In this document: piece by piece, positions 46,500 through 56,700 of the stretch
How positions within the stretch are numbered: position 1 is the first letter of the stretch
How the letters are laid out: every line of letters starts with the position of its first letter
From: Antechinus flavipes
Taxonomy: Eukaryota
Assembly (NCBI RefSeq): GCF_016432865.1
Contig: NC_067403.1
Span: 255,502,001 to 255,566,000, forward strand
Direction of reading: 5' to 3'
Length of the DNA stretch: 64,000 bases
Translations under genes and position numbers: made by a program
The notes under the pieces: model-generated
Database searches by the model: none
What the model saw: the letters and a program-made list of their open reading frames with translations, nothing else
Told to the model about the DNA's origin: nothing

Positions 46500-47530
46500 T
46501 GTTCCCATTTAAATGAAACTCTATTTAGAATCCTTCCCACCAGCTTTTGTTAACTTCCGATGCCATTAAATTTGCCAAAAGGCAGAATAGTTCATCTTAA
46601 TTGTATTTAACAGTGTTTTTAGTTTATTAAAAAGACCCAAAATGTCTTGTAGGGTTTTATTCAGTTGCACTCCCTCTGCAAAATGTGGATTGAAACATAA
46701 AATGTCTTTAGGGCAGTTGTTTGTTTGCTTTTTTTTTTTTTTTTTTCCTTTCTCGTGTTTTCCTTGCTTTTGATCTGATTTTTCTTTTTTACAAAACTTT
46801 TTTTCCTCTGAGGCAATTGGGGTTAAGTGACTTGCCCAGGGTCACATAGCTTTTTATTTTCAAAACATTCGTAGTTTTCAACATTTACTCTTGCAAAACT
46901 TTGTATTCCGATCTTTGTCTCCTTCCTCCCTCCCCACGGTAAACGTTTCCATCTTCCATCATGTTGTGCAAGAAAAATCAGATCAAACTATCTTTGCATG
47001 TATTTGGGATAATATTTTAATTGAATTAAAATTAAATTAAATATAATTAATTAAAAATGATTAATTAAAAATAATGGCAGATACTGAAGGGATTTATTTC
47101 TTCCCTCTGTTCCCATTTAAATGAAACTTTATAATCCTTTCACCCAACGTTTGCCAACTTCTGATGTCATTAAATTTGCCAATAGGCAGAATACTAAATC
47201 TTAATCATTTTATATTTTATTTATATAAAATATATTTCATATTATATATTTATTTATTTTATAAATATATAAAAATATATTTATATATTTTTTATTTTTT
47301 GCCGAGGCAATTGGGGTTAAGTGACTTGCCCAGGGTCACACAGCTAGGAAGTGTTAAGTGTCTGAGACCAGATTTGAACTCTGGTCTCCTGACTTCAGGG
47401 CTGGTGCTCTGTCCATTGCACCACCTCGCTGCCCCTCTTAATTGTATTGAACAGTTTTTAATTTATTAAAAAAAACCCAAAATTTTTTTTAGAGTCTACT
47501 CTGCAAAAATGTGGATAGAAGCATAGAATT
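46500..47530. repeat. Diverged ~200-bp AT-rich duplication; second copy interrupted by a SINE
   Basis: gttcccatttaaatgaaact..ttaaatttgccaa.aggcagaata..tcttaattgtatt.aacag at 46501-46710, and again at 47110-47205 plus 47436-47530. Confidence 0.8.
47206..47435 (-). mobile_element. Young full-length WSINE1-type SINE with AT-rich tail
   Basis: Minus strand GGGGCAGCGAGGTGGTGCAATGGACAGAGCACCAGCCCTGAAGTCAGGAG..AACCCCAATTGCCTC. 7-bp target-site duplication TCTTAAT at 47199-47205 and 47436-47442. Confidence 0.85.
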
Positions 47531-47643
47531 TTCATCCTTTTTTTCTTGTTTGTTTTTTCTTTCTCCTGTTTTTCCTTCTCCAGCTCATTCTCCAGTAACC
47601 CTTCAAGATAGGTGGTGGTATTATCCCCATTTTGTTAGTATTG

Positions 47644-47858
47644 TTGTTCAGTTGGGTTCCACCCCTTGTGAACTTACTTAGGGTTTTTGTGGCAGAGAGA
47701 CTGAGGGGGTTTGCTATCTCCTTCTCCAGCTTGTTTTTTACAGATGAGGAAACTGAGGAAAACAGGATAAAGTGACTTGCGCAGTCACCCAGATAGGAAG
47801 CCGGGGAGATGAGTCTTCTGACTCCAGGCCTGGTGTTCTAGCCGCTACGTCACTGCCC
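47644..47858 (-). mobile_element. MAR1-like CORE-SINE
   Basis: Core ttttacagatgaggaaactgagg..aagtgacttgc with an RTE-like tail. Confidence 0.65.
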
Positions 47859-47959
47859 TAGACCCGTTTTAGAGGAGGAAACAGGCAGACACTTTCTGAA
47901 AGTGGATTTATTTGAAGTCAGATCCTCCTGACTCCACTGTGGAGCGGAGCCTTCGCTGG

Positions 47960-48260
47960 CTCCCTATTGTCTCTAGGATGGAATAAACTTCAGCTTCCTT
48001 CCTTTAAAGCCTTCCCAATCCCAGCCTGCCCACTTTCCAGATACTTCCCATTCCTCCTCCTTAGTCTCCGTTCTAGCCAAGCTGACTCGGCTGCCCTTCC
48101 CCAAGCTCCCCACGCCGGTTCCCATCTCCGTGCAGGCTTTCCCCACGGCCCAGAAGCTCTCCTTCCCCGGGTGAGCCTGTTGAAGTCCTTCTCTTCCTTC
48201 TAGGCTCAGGCGCCAGCTGCTTCTGGATCTTTTCCCCAGTGTCTTCCTCCTGGGATTGTC
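47960..48260 (+). mobile_element. LINE-2 3' remnant
   Basis: Pyrimidine-rich tctagccaagctgac..cccatctccgtgc..tccttctaggctcagg follows the L2 3' pattern. Confidence 0.45.
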
Positions 48261-49444
48261 CTTGAGCCTCTGGGTGTCTCCTTGGTCCCTCCCTCTTTAT
48301 TGGTGAACTCCCGAGGGAGATCAAAGCGGGACAAGGCCCGGCTGGGGCTCGGTTTCGGGATGTGGAGACGGGGCTTGGCTCCGGTCGCCTCCTCGGCCCC
48401 TTCCAGCTCTAAATCTGCCGTCCTTTGCTTAGAATTGTGTCCCCGGGCCGACCGGTGTCAGTGTCAACGATCAGCGGGGGCTCCTGAGCCCTGGTTTTTG
48501 GTGGATCCAGACTCTGAACCCGGGAGGCTTTTGGGTAACCCTGCTGTAAAAGTTGGGGTTCGGGTGCCTCCGGATGCCCGATACTTACTTGTATTCACAC
48601 CCTGAGTTTCCCCAGAGGAGGGATTCCATCTTTAGTCTCAAGGCTCAGGACGGTGCCCTGAAAACAGCAGCCGCTTCTTGACAAGCCCACCCTGAGATCC
48701 CAGTCTCACGGACGAAGGGCAGAGAGAGGGAAACTGCGCTCCAGTCCCCGGGAACTCGGCTGGTCCCCCACTTGTTCCACAAAGGGGGAAACCGAGGTTT
48801 AGAGCCTCGAAGGGGGTCTGCCACCTTGCTAAGGGTGGGAAGGGATACAGCCAATGGGTCTCATTGCCTCGGACCAGCCCCTGGCCCCTCAAACTCTCCC
48901 CTCGTCTAAGGTGACTGCGGGGCATGGCTCCCATCTCAGGGGGTGTAGACTGGCAGACCTCCACTCCCCTAGGCCTCCCCCCTAGCCCCGGGAGCTATTC
49001 CCGCACGGGAAGGGGACAAGGGGGAAAGTGGGGTTGGTCCTGCATAGGCGGGGGGAGGGGGAGGGGGGGAGAGGCAGAGTGTGGGCTCTGCCACCTGGAG
49101 GCTGCCCCTTCCCCCCAGGGGAAGCTGAAGCGGGAGGAAGCCAGTACCAATGGAAGGGGAAAGCCTGTCTCCCCTCCCCCCAGCACCTTCCTCCCCTCCC
49201 CCATCCCCCACCCCCCCACCGACCAGGCCGGCTCCTTCAGGGTCAGGACTTGCCAGCTGAGGGTCCTCCTCCGGACAGCCCCATGTCCCGACCCCAAGGC
49301 CCGGCCAGAGCGAGATGGCTGCCCTGGACCAAAGCAGCGAAGGGCCATAGAGCAGGAGCTGGCCGAGACCTCAGAGGAAGCACTTCCACAGATGGGGAAA
49401 CCGAGGCCCCCAGAGCTCCCAGCGCTGCCGTGAGCAGGGTCCGA

Positions 49445-49655
49445 AGTGGGCCTTTCTCGCAGGCGTCCCAGCCCAGCCCGCGGGGGGGGGGGGGGGGGGG
49501 GGGAGGGGACGGGGGGGGGAGCGGGAGGTGTCCCAGCCCACAGTGGGGGGGGATAGGGGGATGGGAGGGGGGGAGCGGGAGGCATCCCAGCCCAGCCTGT
49601 GGGGAAGGGGGGATGGGAGGGGGGGAGCGGGAGGCGTCCCAGCCCAGCCTGCGGC
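49445..49655. repeat. ~50-bp G-rich tandem repeat, ~4 copies
   Basis: gggagcgggagg(c/t)(g/a)tcccagccca recurs between long G tracts. Confidence 0.8.
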
Positions 49656-49918
49656 GGGAGTGGGATCCCAGGGCTGGCCCCCGGCCCTCTTTTCCAGTGA
49701 TTCATTTCTTTGGCTTCTGGGATGGGACGAGCCTTATCTCCTGGGGGGGGAGGGGGCCTCTCCCAGGCTCCTATCTCTTCCATCTCAGCCTTATCTCTCG
49801 TGAGTGTCCCTGTCCTTGAATCACTTGGGGATGGGAGGGGCTGGGGCCAGAATCCAGGGGGTTGTTCCCACAGCCCCCCCAGACACAGGCCCAGGCAGGC
49901 GCGGGGACAGCTAAGGTT

Positions 49919-50532
49919 TTATTGGGGACACTGAGGAGGGTGCGACACAGAACCCTGGCGTGGGGCCTTCTCGCAGGGGCGCAGCCCCTCCCTCCCGCCT
50001 GCGCCCAGAACCCCCACATCCTCCCCTCCCCAGGGCATGGGGGAGAGCGGGGAGCCGCTGGGAGCCTCGTTCAGAAGGAGGAACACGGGCGGTCCTGGGG
50101 GGCTGGAGGCCAACCTGGAGACCTGGGGGGGGATGAGCGTGAGCTTGTCGGGGGGGATTCGGGGCTGGCTGTCCGCCACCTCCGCCCTCCTCAGGCCGGG
50201 CCCAGCCCCCTCCCGATGCCGGCCCAGGGCCTCACCAGGCTTTGGAGTTTCTCCTCCAGGTCTCGGTGGGCCTTGTGGGCACTGGCCAAGTCCTCCTGCA
50301 GCCTGGGGGGAGAAGCCCTTCAGAGCCCTCCCTCCCCGCCCTCGGAACCTCTGGGATACCGGCTGTGGCCAAGGAAGGATCCGCAGCGACACGTCCAGGG
50401 GAGGGCCCGGGGCCCCCGCACCTGCTTCATACCTGCCATCTCCTCCCCTTCCAGCCCCTCGTGGCCGTCCTGGCTGATCTCCGTCCTTGCTCCATCCCTC
50501 CCCTCGCCTCCCTGAAGCCACGGCGGGTGGAG

Positions 50533-50566
<34 letters not shown>

Positions 50567-51897
50567 AAGGGGGGGGGAGCTGCTCGGTGCCAGCCCAGAG
50601 CTGGCCTCCCCCGGCCGGGGTCACCATAAAAGTCGGGGGCCGTTCCTGCCCTTTTCTCCGGCCCCGCCCAGTCCATCTTATCCCCACACGGACAGACTGA
50701 GGTTCACACGGGCCGCAGGATTCCGGGCCAGGCCCAAGGCCTGGAGAGACTCGCTCCCCCTCCCTCACAGCGAGCCCCCACCTGACAGAGCTGCCTGCGG
50801 GCCCTTAATCTGTCCCCCCCCCCCCCCCCGCACCAAGTGGGGGCTGAAAGGGGCCCAACTCCTCAATCCGGCCTCACCTCAGGAACTGCTCCTTCAAGGT
50901 CATCAGCTCCTCCCACACCTGCCCCAGGTAGAGCTTGGGCTCCCCTTCCTCCTCTGTGGATCCCAGGGAGCCCCTGGGGAGAGGAGGCGGGCTTGAGGGA
51001 AGGCTGGGGCCGCAGCCCCAATGAGATAAAACTCCCTGCTCCACAAAGCCCCCGACGCCCCCATCCTGCCCCTCGCACCGCCGTGCTCGGGTTCCCTCCC
51101 CCCACCCCGGGGCGTTCAGCGGGTCCCAGTCATCCCGGATCGGGGGAGGGCCGGGGCCGGGCTCTGTCCCAGGAGATGCTGAGGAAACGGTGAGGATGAA
51201 GCCAGACCATGGGGGCGGGAGGGGGGAACAAGGAGAGCCCAAGGGGGAGACGAGCTGTCCCCAAGCTCCCCCCCTCCACTCACCCTCCGGGCTCAGGCAG
51301 CTCTGGGGGCCTCCGGACAGCTGCTCCTCCAGGAAAGTCGGCTGAAAAACAAACGGACGGGGGGATGGCAGGGCCAGCTTCTCCCAGCCCCCTCCCCTGC
51401 CCTTCTCTTACCTGGCGCGGGGGCTTCGCTCCCTGTCTTTCCTGGGGAGGAGAGTACCCCAGATGGTCCAGAGCCCCCTTCCAGCCCAGAGCCCGGAGCT
51501 GAGCGGGACTCAGCACCCTCTGCGTGATCTCGTCAAGGAAGGCGGAAAACCTCAGCCTCTCCCCCAGGCCCCGGCCGCCAATCAGCGGCCCCCTGCCCAG
51601 CCTGGGGGGGTGACCCAAGGAGCCCGGGGAGGAGCACGGCGAGCTCTGGGAGGACTCCTGGGCCCAGGCCCCTGGAGGCTGGAAGAACTTTTCTAGGACC
51701 TTCAGTTTGCCCTCAGCCACTCCCGGCGCGCCCCTGGCCCAGGACCCTAAGCTCTGGCTCATGGCGGCTGCCGCGTACCCAGCGAAGCTGCCCCTTCTGG
51801 GGCTCCGACCTCCCTCTGGCGCCCCCCCCCGTGTGCCCTCTCCCCGCCCGGAGTCTGGGAGAACAGCCCCGGGCTGGAGCTCGTCGATATCCTCCAT
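49919..51897 (-). CDS. Unnamed 6-exon protein-coding gene, 327 aa, with a C-terminal coiled coil
   Basis: Exons 51412-51897, 51284-51341, 51106-51178, 50878-50973, 50236-50302 and 49919-50122. All introns are GT-AG and phases join (0,1,2,2,0), giving 984 nt with no internal stop. Good Kozak context (caaATGG with an in-frame TAG upstream) and AATAAA at the stop. Confidence 0.72.
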
Positions 51898-52447
51898 TTG
51901 CCAAGTGCGGGGAATAGGCTCGGTCCCGTCAATACCTTCGCTGACATTTATTGAGCGCCGACCTCCCTCCTAGCCCTGACCTTGGAGGGGACGCCGGGGC
52001 TGCCTCTGGGATTGGATCTTTCCTCCAGGATGGCCCTGGCAGAGCCTAATGGTCTAGAGCAGTGCTTTGCACGGGGTCTGACCGAGCCGCTCCCCCCACT
52101 CAGTAATCTCCCGTTGTCAGGATCCAAGAGGGCTCATGTAGCGCCTTCCAGAACTAGTCCTCGGGTCTGGCCGGCCTGGGGGCTGTTCCTCGGGCCCACC
52201 AATCCTGCCTCTTGCCCTCAGGCCCCCGTCCTTCCCGTCCAGGCCAGTCTCGGGACCCCTTAGACCTCCATTTTCCTCAGAAGCTCAGTTCCACACTGCC
52301 CCCCCTCCCCCAGTGCCTTGGAGGCAAGGACCATTGGAAAAGCTATTTCCTCAATTGCCCCTTGTACTGAATTGACCTTAGGTGGGCCCACGGGCCCAGG
52401 CCCGACCTCCATGAAACCAGACACAACGCAGAGATGGAAGGAAGCAG

Positions 52448-52453
52448 TTTATT
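52448..52453 (-). terminator. CDCA5 polyadenylation signal AATAAA
   Basis: tttatt on the plus strand about 1.3 kb past the CDCA5 stop. Confidence 0.6.
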
Positions 52454-53758
52454 CAGCTTTTAAAACAAAACCTCCACCTTTTCCTGATGATTACAACACC
52501 GGGCCCCTGCTGGGGAAGGAGAGTCCTTACTGAAGTCTCTAATGACTGCTTCTCGCCTCTGGCCTGGGCGCTGCGGGCACCAGCAGTGCCGTGACCCGGC
52601 TCCCCTCCCCAGCTGCCTCCCCTCTGGGTTGATGGTGCGTGGGGACCCTTCGCCAAGGGCCAAGCCGCACTTCGGGGCTGGCCTTGTTCCTGCAGACAGA
52701 CCTGTCCGTGCTGAGCCTCACATGATTGGAGAGGCAGGAGATGCCCGAGCTGGGCTTGGGGACCAGCCCTGGTGCCTCCAGGCACCCCTGGCCCTGGCAG
52801 ACCCTGCAGCCCAGCTGTGGCGCATCCTCCTCTTGATCTGAAGTCGGGTTTGGCCAGAGACCACACTGATTCACCGAACTACAAGCCAGATTAAAAAATA
52901 ACTGGGAAACATTTCACAGGGTAAAGCAAATCGTCAATACTCTTCATTTGGGTCCATCTGTTTGACCTCTCTCCCCTCCCCCCGCCCCCCCAAGGCTGAG
53001 CCCACAAGGTCATCCGGAGGAGCAAGCAGTGCCACCTGGTGGTCAGCGGGAGACTTCCAATCACCTCGCCCTCCCTTGTACTTCTGGGACACCGCAGACC
53101 CTCCTAAGGGTCATCTAAGAGGGGTCGGGGTGATTCAGCTCGACCCAGTGCCTCTGTCCATCGGTTTACTAACTGTCTCTTCAGAAGGAACCAGCAGGGG
53201 CTGGTCCTGGAGGGGAGCACAACGCCGCCCCCTTGTGCCTGCTGACCTCAGCAGCCGGGGCACCCTGGGGGAGGAAGCCCTCAAAATAAATGCGCAGACA
53301 GGCCCCGGCTGGGTGACCCGCTCCTTCCTCCCAGGAACAACAGGGCCTTCCCGGCCACAGGAAAGCTGGAGGAAGCGGCTCTGCAGCAGGGGCAGGGGGG
53401 GACCCACTCCACCCCCCCCCCCCCTTGCTCCCTTTCCAGACAGCCGCCTTCCGGCCACCTCCACCTTAATTCTTTCTGGCTAAAACCTGGGAAAGAGGAA
53501 ATGAGGCACCTCGAGAAATCCAAAGACACCGGGATGTGCCCAAGCACCATCTGCACGGCTGAGAAAAGCCAGTCCTCGGCGACGCCCCCACCCCGGCAGC
53601 CTGGCGGGTGCCCACAGGGCACAGGGACCCACAGGGCAGGTGCCAACGCCCCGCAGGAGAAGGGCAAACCAGGGCAGTCCGGTGCTAGAAAGGGGTGAAC
53701 AAAGGAACACTATGTACAGGGAGGGAGTGATCCAGTCCAGAGATCCTCTTCGTCCACC

Positions 53759-56700
53759 TCACTCCACCAGGAGATCAAACTTCTCGGCAGCCTCAAACTG
53801 GGCGTTCATGGCGGCGGCCCACTCATCCAGCTCTGACTTCTGCAGGGACGAGAGGGGGTGGGTGAGCGGGGGAGAGACAGCCAAGGACCCCCCTCCCCAA
53901 GCCGAGCAGCTCAGACACTTCAGAGGGTGAATGACAGGAAAGGAGCGTCAGTGATTCTCGGAGGACCCTGGTCTGGAAGAACAAGACCCTCGGGCCCCTC
54001 CTTGCCCAGAAGTCATGGGGTGGGCCGGACATTAGGAAGGGATAAGAGCTCTAGTAGCAGGTGAGCAACAGCCCAGCACGAGAAAACCACGAGGCGGGGG
54101 TTGGGAGACAGAGAAGAGCATCCAAATGGGGGGAAAGGAAGGAGGGCTGGGCTCCCCTGGTCTGACCAGCAGAAGGGGGAAGGAACGGCCCCCAAAGCTT
54201 CCTCGGGACTGGAGATGAGCCAGGAGCCCTTCACAAGGACCCTGGGCCCTCGCAGACAAGGCTAAGGCCGGAAGCCCCGGGAGCTGGGCCATCCCTCTGG
54301 GGAGAAGACTGCAACCCCCCAAGACAGTGGCCAAAGTAAAGGAGAATCCGTGAGGGGGGTGGGGGGCAGCCAGGAGCTGAGGCTGCACCAAGACAGACGG
54401 GACAGGGACCCAGAGCAGAGCCTGAGGCCTGATGACAAGAGGGGCGGAAGGCTGGACTCTACACAGAATGACCTTCAAAATGGGGAAGCCAGACCCAGGC
54501 CGGTTTACGGAGGGCAAGACAGGGGCGGAAGTGGGGAGAGGCCCACAACCGGCACTGGCAGAGGCGGGGCCAGGCCTGGTCCCATCCAGAAGGGCTTCAC
54601 TTTGCTTCCTGGCGCATGATTAAAGGGAAGGTTTGTGGGCGTGACTACAAGGAGCCAGTGCGGCTTCCTTGAGCAGGGCCCCCCCCCCAGCCTTGCCTCT
54701 GAGCTGTGGGACCAGGTAAATGCCCGCGTACAGAATGCCGAGGACGGGGCTTCCGGGCGGACTGGGCGACAGCAGCGCCCTCGAGTCATCTCGAGATGGG
54801 GAGGGTCCAGGAGCTGGCACCTCCCCCCCCACCCCCCCATGTTTTTATCAGCAATCTGGATGAAGGCAGAGGCCAGGAGTAGCAGATGGGGGCCGGGCGG
54901 CCCGAGCCACAGCTAACACGAAGGACGTCCGAAGTTGGATCCAAAAAGCCTCAAAGCGGCTGCGCGAGATGCGTCTTGTCCAAAAAAATGCAAAACCCCT
55001 ACTGGGGGTCACTGAGCCGAGCCCCAGAAAAGCAGAGATGGGGACTGGGGGAGCTCAGCGTCAGTTAAAGGGGAGACGCGGCAGGCAGGCTGCTAAGGAG
55101 AGTTTAAGTGGCAGGCGGACGTTCAGCAGGAGGGAAGAGAGATCCCTCTCAGGGATGGGGGTCCCTGCCAAGTGGATTCTGTCTCCAGGAGGGTGGGACA
55201 GTGACAGGACGGGAGCCCCCAACTGCCATCAGCGCTGATCCAAGGGACAGCAAAGCTCTGACTAGAGCAGAGGAGGCGGCCGACCTGAGCCCCCTCCCGG
55301 CACCGTCACACAGACCAAGACTGGCCCAGGCTCCACAGGGAAAGTGCTCACCAGGATCTCGGGCACCTTCCTCTTCCGGCGCTTCTCCTTGGTCATGGGG
55401 ATGCCGGGGAGGATGGAGTCCGGCCCCCAGGCCTCCGTGCTGGGGGCGACTGCTGGTTGTTTCGGCTCCTTCACCACTGGGGAGACGTTCTCCAGCTCCT
55501 CTCCTGAGAGCAGCCTTTCAAAGCCAAAGAAGGAACGGCGCCGGTAGTTGGGTGTCGAGGTAGAGCCCAAGCCCAGCTCATCGAGGCGGCTGTAAGAACG
55601 CCGAACTTTCCTGGACATCTCCAGGTCTCTGGCATCCATGAGTGGTGGCCCAGCGACGGCATTAGGGGTCAGAGGGCTTAACACTGTGGGGGTCACTTCT
55701 GGAGCTGGGCCTGCGGTCAGAGAAGACCCGCCTTTGTGGAGGGGGACGTTTTCCTGCAGAGGGGGCGAGTTCTCCTTCTCCGAAAGCGTAACCTGTAGGA
55801 GGGAGGCAGAGGAAAGGGAAAAGCATGGGGGAGGGCTCTACAGACATGGGCCCTTCCGCCCCCTTCCTTGACTCCAGGGGCAAAGTGAGGACCTGGTTCT
55901 CCAGCCTATTCCCTCCCCCCCCACCCCGGTTTCCAGGACCACCACCAAAAGGCCAAAGAAAGTTTCCCGGCTCGCTGCCGCGATGTGCTGCAGGCACCAA
56001 CCCTTCCCCCCAGCCCCACTCCCGATGCCCCCGCTCTCCAAGGCCGCAGAGCACAGACGGAAATTCCCCGAAGGGAGAGTCTCCGCATAGACGGGAGAAA
56101 ACCAAAAGGCAGAAGTGAGCCGAGCTGAGGCTGGAGCCTGGTGCCGGGGTTAGATCACAGAGGACAGTCAGAGTAAGAAAACTGGGAAGATGAGAAGGGC
56201 TTGGGACACCAAAGAGAGTGAGAGAATGCGGCCGGAGCTCCGCGAGCAGGGCCTGGGTGCTCCTGCGATCCCCCTGCCGAGTGCCTGGGGGGCCTCAGCC
56301 TCCAACTGCATGAGGGGAGGGAGGATGGGGGCAGAGATGTCAGCCTGGCTGAGCTCCAAGTCCTTGGTGTTTCCCTGACTCTACTGGTCTACTCAATAAC
56401 GTACAAACACTTAATCACCGCACTCGAGCCTTTTGCTGCCCCCCCCCCCCTTTCCCACTGCTTCCCTCGGGGGGATTCATATTCTAGCCCAGCTGGATGG
56501 GTGCCTCCCTACCTCCTGTTCTCAGGGCCCAACTTCAAGCATGAACCACCTGCCCATCACTGGGAGGTCCCTCGTTGCCTTTTCCAGACAGCCCCCAACT
56601 GAAAACGATGGCTCCTGCCTTCAGACTTCTCCCGGCAATCTGCTCCCCCTCCCCCCGACTGTGGACCCCTCCTTCGCCATCTGGCCGGAAGCTCGCGGGG

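Noticed and set aside
50427-50515. Extra exon candidate in the unnamed gene ending at CAG|GTATGA
   Set aside because: Its inclusion (phase 2 to 0) would shift the next exon out of the coiled-coil frame. Direct 50878>50302 splicing is phase-consistent.
50530-50570. Very long G homopolymers (also 49480-49503) as functional elements
   Set aside because: Lengths of such runs are unreliable in assemblies, and both are intronic or intergenic. Noted only as a caution that supports an error explanation for the BATF2 frameshift.
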